From assembly GCA_031272805.1 (NCBI GenBank), contig JAISTC010000029.1, positions 1 to 58,969 on the forward strand: DNA of 58,969 bases, read 5' to 3'. Origin of the DNA: Propionibacteriaceae bacterium. Lineage in GTDB: Bacteria; Actinomycetota; Actinomycetes; Propionibacteriales; Propionibacteriaceae. A program made the translations under genes and the position numbers. The notes beneath the pieces are model-generated. The model searched no databases and had not been told where the DNA came from. It saw only the letters and a list, made by a program, of their open reading frames with translations. Position 1 is the first letter of the stretch; each line of letters starts with the position of its first letter. Positions 33,868 through 43,794 of this stretch are shown here, piece by piece.

Positions 33868-35162
33868 AGTGCCTTCAATCCCTTCAGGCCGTCCTTGGCG
33901 AGTTGCATCAACTTGACCGGCGACTTCTTGAGCGCCTGGCGCGCGACCTTGGACATGTGCTGCCGCGGCGTGCCGTCGAGCGAGAACGCCCCGTGGAGCA
34001 CGTCGGCCAGCAACTGGCCGTAGTCGCCGTACATGCCGACCGCGGATTCCAGGAACGCGGGCGCCTTGTTGTACGTGTGCATGTCCTGCCCGACGAAGGA
34101 CGAGGCGAGGTTCGCCGTGTAGCCGGACAGGCCGGCCGCCGACGTGTCACCCTTCTCCAGCGCCGCCGACACGGCCGAGCTGGCCGCGATGGCGGAGCCG
34201 ATGGCGAGGTCCATGCCGCGCACGGTCAGGCCCGTGTTGAGCGTCAGCCCCGCCGCGTCGCCGACGATGACCAGGCCCGGGAAGACGAGCTGGCCCATCA
34301 TGGCCTCGCCGCCCTCGTTGACGAGGTGGCAGCCGTACTCGACCAGTTCGCCACCCTTGACCAGGGAGTCGACCAGCGGGTACTCCAGGTAGTGGTCGAA
34401 GATGTCGACCGTCCGGAGCTTCTTCTTCTCCAGGTCGTCGAGCCGCAACACGAGGCCGACGGACAGCGTGTCCTTGTTCGTGTACAGGAAGCCGCCGCCG
34501 CCGACGCCGAGCGAGCAGTCGCCGACCAGCGCGTAGGCGACGCCGTGCTCCGAGTCCACGTTGAAGCGGTCCTCGATGACGGCCGGGTCGAGCTTGATGA
34601 CGGCCTTGACGCCGACCGCCTGCTGCTCGTGGCGGGGCTTCGTCCGAAGCCCCGCGTCGCGGGCGATGAACGAGTTGACGCCGTCGGCCGCGATCACGAC
34701 CCGGGCGCGCAGCTCGTCCTCACCGGCGACCACGCCCGTGATCTGCTCGCCCTCCTTGATGAGCGAGTCGACCCGGACACCCGGCATGACCATGGCGCCC
34801 GCGCCCTCGGCCTGCTCGGCCAGCCAGGCGTCCAGCTTGGCCCGGAGCACGGAGACCGCGCTGCCGAGTTGCGCCAGGCGGGCGTCCTGGTAGTCGACGC
34901 CGACCCAGGAGCCGGGGTTCGTGAACACGATCCGGTTCTTGTCGATCTTGCGCTCGTAGGGCGCCGTCTCCAGGAAGTCGGGGAACACCGTCTTGATCGA
35001 GTGGGTGTAGAGGATGCCGCCGGACAGGTTCTTGCTGCCCGGCGCCTCCCCCCGCTCGATGAGGACGACCGAGTGGCCCTTCGAGGCCAACTGGTACGCC
35101 GCGACGGTGCCGGCCACGCCGGCACCGATCACGATGACATCAAAATCCGGTTCTTCAGCCAC
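33864..35162 (-). CDS. fixC: FAD-dependent oxidoreductase FixC (ETF-quinone-oxidoreductase-like)
   Basis: FDVIVIGAGVAGTVAAYQLA dinucleotide fold. 432 aa. Context etfBA-fixCX. Confidence 0.88.
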   Translation of the reverse strand: MAEEPDFDVIVIGAGVAGTVAAYQLASKGHSVVLIERGEAPGSKNLSGGILYTHSIKTVFPDFLETAPYERKIDKNRIVFTNPGSWVGVDYQDARLAQLGSAVSVLRAKLDAWLAEQAEGAGAMVMPGVRVDSLIKEGEQITGVVAGEDELRARVVIAADGVNSFIARDAGLRTKPRHEQQAVGVKAVIKLDPAVIEDRFNVDSEHGVAYALVGDCSLGVGGGGFLYTNKDTLSVGLVLRLDDLEKKKLRTVDIFDHYLEYPLVDSLVKGGELVEYGCHLVNEGGEAMMGQLVFPGLVIVGDAAGLTLNTGLTVRGMDLAIGSAIAASSAVSAALEKGDTSAAGLSGYTANLASSFVGQDMHTYNKAPAFLESAVGMYGDYGQLLADVLHGAFSLDGTPRQHMSKVARQALKKSPVKLMQLAKDGLKGLKAL

Positions 35163-35171
35163 AGCGGGCCC

Positions 35172-36068
35172 CTAGAGCGCGGCGGTGATGGCGGGCACCA
35201 GGGCGTACAGGTCGCCGACCAGCGCGTAGTCGCACTCGCCGATGACCGGGGCGTCCTTGTCGGTGTTGATCGCCACGATGGTCTTGGCGCCGCGGCACCC
35301 GCCCATGTGCTGGATCTGCCCCGAGATGCCGACCATGAGGTACAGCGCCGGGGAGATGTGGTTGCCGGAGATGCCGACGTAGCGGTCACGCGGAAGCCAT
35401 TCGAGGCCCTCGGCAACCGGCCGGGAGCACCCGACCTCGGCGCCCAGCTTGGCGGCCAGGGCCTGGATCAGGCCCAGGTCGTCCTGGGACTTGAGGCCGC
35501 GCCCCACGCCGATGACCTTGGCGGCGGCCGTCAGGTCGCCACCCGTCTTGGCCTGGGGGGTCAGGCTCGTCACGGTCACGCCGGCCGGGCTGGCCGCCGC
35601 GGTCTCCACGGCCGCCGAGCCGCCGCCGGCGACGGGCGCGCCGCCGTCGAGGACGAAGGCCACCGGGCCGTCGTAGCTCGTGGTCTCCAGGGCGATGCCG
35701 CCGTAGACCCCGTGGACCACGCTGACGCCGGCCCCCTGGGCCGTGATCTCCGTGGCGCCGGACACGACGGGCGCCTTGATCGTGGCGGCCACGGCGCCCA
35801 GCAGGACGCGCTCGGCCGGACCGCGGCCCGCGAACACGGGGCCCGGGTCGGCCGCGACGACCGCGGCGGCGGCGGCCGCGAAGGCCTCCGGCGCCTTGTC
35901 GCCGGGCTCGCCCAGCCACACGACCTTGGCCACACCCGGCGCGGCCGCGGCCTGGGCCAGGGCCTCAGGCCCCGCCACGACGGCCACGACCGGCGCGCCG
36001 AGCCCGGCCGCGGTCTCCACGAGGTTCGTCACGCCGGCGCTGCCGGCCAGAAGAACATACGTTGTCAT
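35172..36068 (-). CDS. etfA: Electron transfer flavoprotein alpha subunit (EtfA/FixB)
   Basis: C-terminal FAD-binding region ...YVGISGNHISPALYLMVGISGQIQHMGG...INTDKDAPV. Confidence 0.9.
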   Translation of the reverse strand: MTTYVLLAGSAGVTNLVETAAGLGAPVVAVVAGPEALAQAAAAPGVAKVVWLGEPGDKAPEAFAAAAAAVVAADPGPVFAGRGPAERVLLGAVAATIKAPVVSGATEITAQGAGVSVVHGVYGGIALETTSYDGPVAFVLDGGAPVAGGGSAAVETAAASPAGVTVTSLTPQAKTGGDLTAAAKVIGVGRGLKSQDDLGLIQALAAKLGAEVGCSRPVAEGLEWLPRDRYVGISGNHISPALYLMVGISGQIQHMGGCRGAKTIVAINTDKDAPVIGECDYALVGDLYALVPAITAAL

Positions 36069-36087
36069 GATTTTCTCTCTCCTAATC

Positions 36088-36858
36088 TCAGTCCAAGACG
36101 CCGGCGGCGCGCAGGGCGGACACCAACTGGGCCGCGGCCGCGGCCGGGTCCTTCGTGTCGATGGCGATCTGCTGGCGGGCGGGCCCGCTCAGCTTGGCGG
36201 TCGCCGTGACCGTCCCTTCGGACGCCAGGGCGACGCCCAGGTCCGCGGTGGACTTGACCGTCACCGGCTTCTTGCCGGCGGCCAGGATGTCCTTCATGCC
36301 AGGGGCCTTGGCCTTGGCGGCGTCGGACGCGACGGCGACGACGGCCGGGGCGGCCAGCGCGACCTTCTGGACGCCTTCCGGCAGCACGCGCTCGGCCGTC
36401 AGGGTCGAGCCGTCGAACGCCACGCCCAGCGCGTCGGTGATGGTCGCCCAGCCGAGCGTCCCGCCGAGCGTCGCGGCCAGCATCTTCGAGCCCGAGTCGA
36501 GCGACGCGTCGCCCGTCACCACGAGGGCGACGTCCCCGAGGCTCTGGACCGCGGCCGCGATGACGGCGGCCGTGTTCAGCGTCCCGGCGTTGTCCGCGTC
36601 GGCCACGACGAGGGCCTCGTCGAGGCCGCGGGACAGGGCCGCCTTGGTGGCGACGGCCTGGGCCGCCGCGGCGCCGCCGACGCTGACGCCGACGAGGGTG
36701 GCGCCGGCCGCCGTGGCGAGCCCGCGGGCCACCTCGATGGCGACGGCGTCATAGTCGGAGACGACAGCCTTGGCCCGGCTGAAGTCGACCTTCCCGTCGG
36801 CGGCCACGCTGGCCTCTTGCGGGTCGAGCGCCCACTGGTATGTGACAACGATCTTCAT
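36088..36858 (-). CDS. etfB: Electron transfer flavoprotein beta subunit (EtfB/FixA)
   Basis: 256 aa, starting MKIVVTYQWALDPQE..., with the ETF-beta layout, immediately upstream of etfA. Confidence 0.9.
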   Translation of the reverse strand: MKIVVTYQWALDPQEASVAADGKVDFSRAKAVVSDYDAVAIEVARGLATAAGATLVGVSVGGAAAAQAVATKAALSRGLDEALVVADADNAGTLNTAAVIAAAVQSLGDVALVVTGDASLDSGSKMLAATLGGTLGWATITDALGVAFDGSTLTAERVLPEGVQKVALAAPAVVAVASDAAKAKAPGMKDILAAGKKPVTVKSTADLGVALASEGTVTATAKLSGPARQQIAIDTKDPAAAAAQLVSALRAAGVLD

Positions 36859-36882
36859 CAGTTTTCCTCTCGTGTAAACGTG

Positions 36883-38022
36883 TCAGCGGAGTTCGGTGCG
36901 GGCGATGACGAGACGCTGGATCTCGGACGTGCCCTCGTAGATCTCCGTGATCTTGGCGTCGCGGTAGGCCCGCTCCACCGGGTAGCTCGTGGTGTAGCCG
37001 AGGCCGCCGTGGACCTGGATGGCCTTGCCCGCCACGCGGGTCGCCATCTCGCCGCAGAACAGCTTGGCCATGGCCGAGGCGTGGCCGTGGGGCTGGCCGC
37101 GGTCCTCGAGGTCGGCGGCCTGGTAGACCAGCAGCCGGCCGGCCTCGATGTCGACGGCCATGTCGGCGATCATCCACTGGATGGCCTGGAGCTCGGCGAT
37201 CGGGTGGCCGAACTGGACGCGCTGCTTGGCGTACTCCTTGGCGGCCTCGAAGGCGCCCTGGGCGATGCCGACGGCCTGCGCGGCGATGCCGGTCCGGCCG
37301 CCGTCGAGGGTCATCATGGCGATCTTGAAGCCCTGGCCCTCCTGGCCGAGCAGGTTGGCGGCCGGGATGCGGCAGTCGCTGAAGAACAGCGGCGTCGTCG
37401 AGGAGCCGCGGATGCCGAGCTTGTCTTCCGGCTCGCCGATCGTGAAGCCCGGGGTGTCGCGCTCGACGATGAAGGCCGACACGCCCTTGACGCCCGGGGC
37501 GTCCGTCGAGCGGGCCATGACGACGAACGTCTTGGCGAAGCCGCCGTTCGTGATGAAGACCTTCTGGCCGTTGAGGACGAACTCGTCGCCGTCGCGGACG
37601 GCGGTCGTCTTCGTGGCGCCGGCGTCGGAGCCCGCGCCCGGCTCGGTCAGGCCGAAGCCGCCCGCGGCTTCGCCGGAGGCGAGGGCCGGCAGGTACTTCT
37701 GCTTCTGCTCTTCCGTGCCGAAGTGGACGATCGGCCACGTGCACAGCGACGAGTGGGCCTCGACCAGGACACCGGTCGTGGCGCAGCAGCGGGACAGTTC
37801 CTCGATGGCGATGTTGTAGCTCACCGTGTCCATCGCGGAGCCGCCGTACTCCTCGGGGATCAGCATGCCCATGAGGCCCATCTCGCCCAGTTTGGGAATG
37901 GTCTCGAGGGGCGGGCGGTGGGTCTTGTCGATCTCCGCGGCGAGGGGCTTGACCTCGGCCTCGGCGAATTCACGTACGGACGAGCGGGTCAGTTCTTGCT
38001 CGTCGGTCAGCGTATAGGGCAT
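36883..38022 (-). CDS. bcd: Acyl-CoA dehydrogenase, butyryl-CoA type (paralogue 2), 379 aa
   Basis: [10 protein letters not shown]... By eye it is roughly two-thirds identical to the 28149..29291 product. It lies directly upstream of etfBA. Confidence 0.93.
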   Translation of the reverse strand: MPYTLTDEQELTRSSVREFAEAEVKPLAAEIDKTHRPPLETIPKLGEMGLMGMLIPEEYGGSAMDTVSYNIAIEELSRCCATTGVLVEAHSSLCTWPIVHFGTEEQKQKYLPALASGEAAGGFGLTEPGAGSDAGATKTTAVRDGDEFVLNGQKVFITNGGFAKTFVVMARSTDAPGVKGVSAFIVERDTPGFTIGEPEDKLGIRGSSTTPLFFSDCRIPAANLLGQEGQGFKIAMMTLDGGRTGIAAQAVGIAQGAFEAAKEYAKQRVQFGHPIAELQAIQWMIADMAVDIEAGRLLVYQAADLEDRGQPHGHASAMAKLFCGEMATRVAGKAIQVHGGLGYTTSYPVERAYRDAKITEIYEGTSEIQRLVIARTELR

Positions 38023-38152
38023 CAGTTCCTCCTGATTGGTGTGTTGCGGTTGCAGGTTGACGGTTCACAAGGGTTGTTCGGGGCGGCCACCGTGGCCCGC
38101 CACACAAGTGGCAGGCTAGTGCCCGCAGGGGCTTTCTTCCAAGCGTCTTGGA

Positions 38153-39334
38153 CTAGCACTTTTCGTACACGGTCGCGATGCCCATGCCCCCGCCGATGCA
38201 GAGCGTGGCGAGGCCGCGCTTGGCCTCGGGCCGCTTGAGCAGTTCGTGCAGCAGGGTCACGGTGATGCGGGCGCCGGACGCGCCGATCGGGTGGCCGAGG
38301 GCGATGGCGCCGCCGTTGACGTTGGTCTTGGCCATGTCGAGGCCGAGGCCCTGGGCCACGGCGCACGCCTGGGCGGCGAAGGCCTCGTTGGCCTCGACCA
38401 GGTCCATGTCGGCGACGGTCAGGCCGGCCTTGGCCAGGGCGGCCTGGGACGCGCCGATCGGGCCGATGCCCATGATCGTCGGGTCGACGCCTGCCTGGCC
38501 CCAGCCGAGGATCTTGGCCATCGGCTTGAGGCCGAGTTCGGCCACGGCCTCGCCGGAGGCGAGGACCAACGCGGCGGCGCCGTCGTTGATGCCCGAGGCG
38601 TTGCCCGCGGTCACGCGGCCGCCGTCCGGCTTGAACGCCGGGCGCAGCTTGGCCAGGGCTTCGGCGGTCGTGGCGCGGGGGAACTCGTCGGTGGCGAAGG
38701 AGACGGTTTCCTTCTTGACCTTGACGTCGACCGGCACGATCTCGTCGGCGAAGCGGCCGGAGGCGACCGCCGCGAGGGCCCGGGTCTGGGACGCCAGGGC
38801 CAGCTCGTCCATCATCTCGCGGGTGATGCCGAACTGGTCGGCCACGTTCTCCGCCGTGATGCCCATGTGGTAGCCGTTGAAGGCGTCCCACAGGCCGTCC
38901 TTGATCATGACGTCGACCAGGGACGTGTCGTTCATGCGGGCCCCCCAGCGGGCGGCCGGGGCGACGTACGGCGAGGCGGACATGTTCTCCGTGCCGCCGG
39001 CCACGACGACCTTGGCGTCGCCGGCCAGGATGGCCCGGACGCCCTCGACGATGGCGCGCATGCCGGAGCCGCAGACCATGCCGACGGTCATCGCGGGCAC
39101 CGTGACGGGCAGGCCGGCGCCGAGCGAGGCCTGGCGGGCCACGTTCTGCCCCAGCGCGGTCGTCAGCACGCAGCCGAAGTTGACCTCGCAGACCTGGTCG
39201 GGGGCGACGCCCGCCCGCTTCAGCGCCTCGGCGATCACGATGGACCCCAGCTTGACGGCGGAAACGTCCTTGAGGCTCCCGCCAAAACTCCCGACCGCCG
39301 TGCGGCAGCCGGAGACTACATAGACATCGGTCAT
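38153..39334 (-). CDS. Acetyl-CoA C-acetyltransferase (thiolase), copy 2
   Basis: [19 protein letters not shown]..., [10 protein letters not shown] and ...[24 protein letters not shown]. Confidence 0.93.
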   Translation of the reverse strand: MTDVYVVSGCRTAVGSFGGSLKDVSAVKLGSIVIAEALKRAGVAPDQVCEVNFGCVLTTALGQNVARQASLGAGLPVTVPAMTVGMVCGSGMRAIVEGVRAILAGDAKVVVAGGTENMSASPYVAPAARWGARMNDTSLVDVMIKDGLWDAFNGYHMGITAENVADQFGITREMMDELALASQTRALAAVASGRFADEIVPVDVKVKKETVSFATDEFPRATTAEALAKLRPAFKPDGGRVTAGNASGINDGAAALVLASGEAVAELGLKPMAKILGWGQAGVDPTIMGIGPIGASQAALAKAGLTVADMDLVEANEAFAAQACAVAQGLGLDMAKTNVNGGAIALGHPIGASGARITVTLLHELLKRPEAKRGLATLCIGGGMGIATVYEKC

Positions 39335-39408
39335 GATGCCCCTTCCTTTTGGGTTGCGAGTTGGGTTGCGAATGGGTTTGGGGATGGGTGGCCGGCCGGG
39401 CGGCCGCT

Positions 39409-39435
39409 GGCCGGCGGAGGGGTCCTCCGCCGGCC
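39409..39435 (-). terminator. Stem-loop 24 nt downstream of the hydrolase-membrane fusion gene
   Basis: GGCCGGCGGAGG-GGT-CCTCCGCCGGCC forms a perfect 12-bp stem with no U-tract. Confidence 0.45.
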
Positions 39436-39458
39436 AACCGCCAGGTGACCGCGTGGCG

Positions 39459-41531
39459 TCACATCGTCACCTGCCACGGGAGCTGGACGCACGCCGTGCA
39501 GACGACGAAGAACGTGACCAACAGGCCGTTGACCACGCCGGCCGTCCAGGCGTTGCCCGTCTTCTTGTAGTAGACGCGGGCGATGATCGCGCAGACCGGC
39601 AGGATGAACAGGAGCCCCCAGAGCATGATGCCGGACAGCGGGTTCGGGTAGGCCATGTTCATGACCGGCGACCAGGAGCCGACGGCGTTCGGGATGCCGC
39701 GGCCGTGGCCCAGGTAGTACGGGATGTAGTCGTACGCCTGGAGCGCGGCCAGGCCGAGGGTGTTGGCCAGGATCATGAGGACGACGTTGACCCATTCCTT
39801 CACCTTGTTCAGGCGCGTCAGCGAGTTGAGGATGACGGCGTTGAAGAAGAAGTAGAGGAAGAAGAACGGCAGGTACTTCAGGAACTCCAGCCACTTCTCG
39901 GCCGGCATCTCGCGGAAGACGAACTTCCAGAAGCCCAGGTCGACGTGGAAGAAGTAGGTCATGAAGCTGAGGGCCAGGACGGCGCCGAGGAAGACGGTCA
40001 GGCCGAGCAGGATGCCCTTGCCCGCCACTTCCTTGGTCGTCACGAGGCCCGTCGCCTTGAGCGAGGCACCCGCCGGCTTGGCCACGAAGAACCAGATGGC
40101 GGCGAACATCAACAGGTAGAACGCCAGCAGGATCCCGTTCAGGATGACGAGGCCGTTGGCGGTCGGCAGGTTGAAGTAGTCGGACACGGGCAGCATGACG
40201 TTCATGACCGACGACACGTACGGGCTGTGCAGTCGGAAGCCGCTGGTCCACGTGTAGATGGTCGCCGGGGCGATCATCGCGATGAGGTAGACCACGATGT
40301 AGATGACCTTGTTCTTGGTCGTGTCGAAGGTCGACAGGGAGTCCGGCTCCTTGGTCTTGACGGCCTGGAAGAAGCGGACGCGGCGCAGCAGGACGAGGCC
40401 GAGCGTGGCGACGAACACGAGGAACGCGACGAGCGCGATGCCCGTGCCGACGTTCTTCCAGCGCCAGATCTGGGAGTCGTACGCGATCGTCATCTCGCCG
40501 TCCATCAGCGTCAGGTCGAACCACTCGAGCGCGCGGGCGACCGAGTCGTTGTTGAACGTCATCTGGGAGTGGGCGATCGGCAGGTTGAAGACGACGCGGA
40601 GCTGGCCCTTGGCGGCGGCGGCCACCTCGGCGGCCTTGTCCGTCAGCGGGGTCGGGTCCTGGTAGGCGTAGAACGTGTCGACCTGGCCGCCCTCGAAGCC
40701 CATGCCGTTGGCGAAGGCGGGCGCGGTCTCCAGGTCGTGGCCGTCGACGCCCCACAGGAGCGGGGCGAACTCGTCGAACTGGCCCGTGTCGTCGCCGTAG
40801 TTGACGCCGAGCTGGTTGACCGGGTCGTAGGCGTTGCCCTGGGCGTCCTTGACGTTGCCCCAGGCGTTCGACATGACGAAGATCGACCACGGCACGACGA
40901 CGCTGGGGTCGGTCTGGTGGTTCGTGTAGGCCTTGATCGCGGCGTTGCGGGAACCGAGGCCGCCGAGCGAGTGGCCCGTGATGCCGACGCGGGTGGAGTC
41001 GACGTAAGGCATGTGGCCGAGGTACTGGAGGGCCGAGTACATGCCGACGTCGTTGTACTCGGGCCAGTCGGACTGCTGCATCGCGGACGGGACGATGTCC
41101 GCGTTCTCCGACTCGCCGTGACCGTACGTGTCGATCGACAGGCAGACGATGCCGCGGCGGGCCAGCTCGATGGCGTGGCCCTCGACGCCGTCGTAGGAGG
41201 CGGAGTAGCCGGCGGCGAGGACGACGCCGGGGGCCGGGTTGTGCTCGGTCACGCCCTCGGGGATGTAGAGGACGCCGTTGAGCATGGCGCCGCCCTCGCT
41301 CATGAACTCCGTGTGCTCGACGCGGATGCCGCCGAAGTCGCGCTCGGCGCCATAGCCGAGCCAGCAGCCCGCGAACATGAGGATGAACGAGAGGAGGCAC
41401 GCCAGCGCGGCCTTGTCGTGTTTCAGGCCGGCCCAGCCGGTGGGCTGGTCGGGGGAGGTCGGGGAGGCCGCCGCGGCCTTGGTCTTGGAGGAGGTCGAGG
41501 TGGATGTCTTGGTCTTGGGGTTGGTCGCCAT
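39459..41531 (-). CDS. Alpha/beta-hydrolase domain fused to a polytopic membrane domain, 690 aa
   Basis: An N-terminal TM helix, then a hydrolase fold with nucleophile elbow GHSLGG, then about 8 hydrophobic helices in the C-terminal half. The ATG at 41531 is preceded by AAGGAAGAG. The track ORF was trimmed. Confidence 0.75.
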   Translation of the reverse strand: MATNPKTKTSTSTSSKTKAAAASPTSPDQPTGWAGLKHDKAALACLLSFILMFAGCWLGYGAERDFGGIRVEHTEFMSEGGAMLNGVLYIPEGVTEHNPAPGVVLAAGYSASYDGVEGHAIELARRGIVCLSIDTYGHGESENADIVPSAMQQSDWPEYNDVGMYSALQYLGHMPYVDSTRVGITGHSLGGLGSRNAAIKAYTNHQTDPSVVVPWSIFVMSNAWGNVKDAQGNAYDPVNQLGVNYGDDTGQFDEFAPLLWGVDGHDLETAPAFANGMGFEGGQVDTFYAYQDPTPLTDKAAEVAAAAKGQLRVVFNLPIAHSQMTFNNDSVARALEWFDLTLMDGEMTIAYDSQIWRWKNVGTGIALVAFLVFVATLGLVLLRRVRFFQAVKTKEPDSLSTFDTTKNKVIYIVVYLIAMIAPATIYTWTSGFRLHSPYVSSVMNVMLPVSDYFNLPTANGLVILNGILLAFYLLMFAAIWFFVAKPAGASLKATGLVTTKEVAGKGILLGLTVFLGAVLALSFMTYFFHVDLGFWKFVFREMPAEKWLEFLKYLPFFFLYFFFNAVILNSLTRLNKVKEWVNVVLMILANTLGLAALQAYDYIPYYLGHGRGIPNAVGSWSPVMNMAYPNPLSGIMLWGLLFILPVCAIIARVYYKKTGNAWTAGVVNGLLVTFFVVCTACVQLPWQVTM

Positions 41532-41580
41532 TTCTCTTCCTTGAGTGTGGTCGTGTTCCTGGAGGGGTGGGGTCGCTGGT

Positions 41581-41991
41581 CTATCTGGCTGCGGCCACCT
41601 CCTCTGCCACTCGGTCGGATGGCGGGCGAACTGGCTCGGCGGCGGGGTCCTCGTCGAGGCCGAACACGACCTCGGGCCCCTGGACCAACGCCAGGTCACG
41701 ACCGGACAGCCGCAGTTGCGTGCCAATCACCCAATCCCCGCCTTCCTGGGCCAAGGCCTGTTGGGCCCGCGGGCTCAGAAACACGGGAACTTCGCCTACC
41801 CTAACGCACTCGTAGTCCACTCCGAAAGACTCTCCCGGGCGGACCGCGCGGACGTAGGTCGTGAAAAACGGACGTGTCCGCCCGAGGCCGCAACAGCTCG
41901 TGGCGACGCGGTCGCGCAGCATGTCGAGGAGGACCCCGGCGTTGGCCTCCCGGGCCAGGTATTTCAGGGCGTCGGCCCGGAGCTTGATCAT
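41581..41991 (-). CDS. Hypothetical 136-aa protein with vicinal Cys-Cys (..ATSCCGLG..)
   Basis: Reading frame MIKLRADALKYLAREANAGVLLDMLRDRVATSCCGLGRTRPF... with a purine-rich stretch upstream of ATG 41991. No family is confidently recognised. Confidence 0.5.
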   Translation of the reverse strand: MIKLRADALKYLAREANAGVLLDMLRDRVATSCCGLGRTRPFFTTYVRAVRPGESFGVDYECVRVGEVPVFLSPRAQQALAQEGGDWVIGTQLRLSGRDLALVQGPEVVFGLDEDPAAEPVRPPSDRVAEEVAAAR

Positions 41992-42061
41992 CGTGTTCCC
42001 TTCTTCCCCCGCGGTGGGGGGACGGTCGCCCGTCCCCCCACCGGAGCGGTGTGGCCGGAGC

Positions 42062-43555
42062 CTACTTCTGGTCTCCGGGCGCTGGGTTGCCGCCACCGCC
42101 GTCGGAGGCCGCCTCGACGGCCGCCGGCGCCGACTCGGCCACGGCCGCGGCCTCGGCCGCCGGCACGTCTTCGCGCCGGGCGCCCGAGAACACGTCGGCC
42201 AGGTAGTCGTCGTATTCCTTGCGGTTGAACAACTGGATCAGCAGGCACAGCAGGATGCCGACGGCGAGGCCCCAGGCCGCGCCGCGCGTGGCCAGGACGG
42301 CGCCCATGACGCCCGCGATGCCGAGGTCAGTGAACGTCCGCGCGTTGGAGATGCCGACGCGGACGGCCACGTAGCCCTGGATCAAGTAGGTCAGCGCCAG
42401 GCCGACGCCGAGGATCGGCGTGACCAGCGCCACGATGGGCGCCAGGAAGTACCCCGTCAACGTGCCGAACCGGAACGAGCCCGTGCCGCCGTGGATGGAG
42501 TCCATCTCCTTGCGGCCCCTCTTGTAGCGGTCGCAGACCACGACCTGCATGGCCGCCCACAGCGGGCCGCACATCGTGATGTCCGGGCCGATGATGGACA
42601 TGGTCAGGTTGCGGATGCCGAAGACCAGGTGGGACCGGTTCGGGTTGTAGTCGATCGTCTCGTCGGGGCGGACCTTGTGGGCGTCCTTCAGGAGGGCGTC
42701 CGCCTGGACCATTTCGCCGAACAGGACGACGTACGCCGAGAACACCATGGGCAGGCCCTTGATGAACATCGACAGCGGCGGGAAGGGGACGTCGCCCAGG
42801 ACCGTGAAGTTCTGCCAGAGGTCGGCGAAGTCCGGCGTCGAGAAGATCTTCGCCTCGAACGTCGGCCACGAGATGGTCGCCCGGTCGAGGAGCGGACCGA
42901 TCACGACGGCCAGCAGCAACACGGGCATGAGGCCCAGGTTGGAGATGGTCGAGGCGATCTTGGACCGCTGGGCGATGTACTTGAAGCGGTTCGAGAACAG
43001 CAGGAAGAACGCCAGGCCGATGCAGATGGAGATCGTCCACGGGTACGTGTCGAACCGGGCGCCCTTCGTGAAGATCTGGGAGACGGCGGCGATGCCGGCG
43101 CCCATGATCAGGCCGCACTTCATGGCCGGCGGAATCAGCGCGACCATCTTCTTGCCAAGCCCTGTGATGCCGAGGACGATGGCCAGCACGCCGAGCGTCA
43201 TCTCGAACGCCATGAGGGCCTGGATCCTCTCGTGGTTGTCCAACGAGAAGTCGCTGACGTAGAGGACCAACAGCGGGATGGCCGGGGTCACCCAGCCAGG
43301 CACCACGGGGTCGCCCAGGAGGACGTGGGTGCAGTAGAGGATGCCGTTGAGCACGACCACCGCGAGCGCGGTTTCCATGGCCATGCCCAGGTTCTCCGTT
43401 AACAGGGGGATCGCGGAGAGGCACACCGTACAGAGGAGCAGGCCTTGGACGTAGTCGGGCCACTCGAACTTGTAGTGAACAAACGGCAGACGGATCTTGA
43501 AGGGACCCGCCGGGATAAACGGTTGTTCGCCCCCTTCTTGGCGCTTCATGGCCAT
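42062..43555 (-). CDS. Polytopic membrane transporter-like protein, 497 aa, family not assigned
   Basis: At least 10 hydrophobic segments and an acidic/Ala-rich cytoplasmic tail. The ATG at 43555 is preceded by GAAGGTGAG. Confidence 0.7.
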   Translation of the reverse strand: MAMKRQEGGEQPFIPAGPFKIRLPFVHYKFEWPDYVQGLLLCTVCLSAIPLLTENLGMAMETALAVVVLNGILYCTHVLLGDPVVPGWVTPAIPLLVLYVSDFSLDNHERIQALMAFEMTLGVLAIVLGITGLGKKMVALIPPAMKCGLIMGAGIAAVSQIFTKGARFDTYPWTISICIGLAFFLLFSNRFKYIAQRSKIASTISNLGLMPVLLLAVVIGPLLDRATISWPTFEAKIFSTPDFADLWQNFTVLGDVPFPPLSMFIKGLPMVFSAYVVLFGEMVQADALLKDAHKVRPDETIDYNPNRSHLVFGIRNLTMSIIGPDITMCGPLWAAMQVVVCDRYKRGRKEMDSIHGGTGSFRFGTLTGYFLAPIVALVTPILGVGLALTYLIQGYVAVRVGISNARTFTDLGIAGVMGAVLATRGAAWGLAVGILLCLLIQLFNRKEYDDYLADVFSGARREDVPAAEAAAVAESAPAAVEAASDGGGGNPAPGDQK

Positions 43556-43666
43556 GGGAGGCTCACCTTCTTTCTTTGTGGATTGTGAGGCCGCGCCCTC
43601 ACCGCGGGGGCGCCGGATATTCAGTTGTCGCATCTGGCCGGTTCGGCCCCCGGCCTGGGCAGGCCA

Positions 43667-43692
43667 CCGGCGGGTGGTAAACCACCCGCCGG
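43667..43692 (-). terminator. Stem-loop about 100 nt downstream of crt
   Basis: CCGGCGGGTGG-TAAA-CCACCCGCCGG forms a perfect 11-bp stem. Confidence 0.4.
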
Positions 43693-43794
43693 GTTGTTGG
43701 CCTCACTCGTAGGGAGTTGGCCCCGGCGTCCCCGGGCCAGGCTGGGCCCGGGAGACGCAGGGGTGTGATCGTCGAGCCGACGCCGGCTCTCCGG

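Noticed and set aside
38023-38152. Imperfect hairpin GGCGGCCAC-CGT-GGCCCGCC between thl and bcd as another REP copy.
   Set aside because: It shares only the GGCCACCGTGGCC core, lacks the ACGGAGCGAGG loop and the outer arms, and the stem is imperfect.
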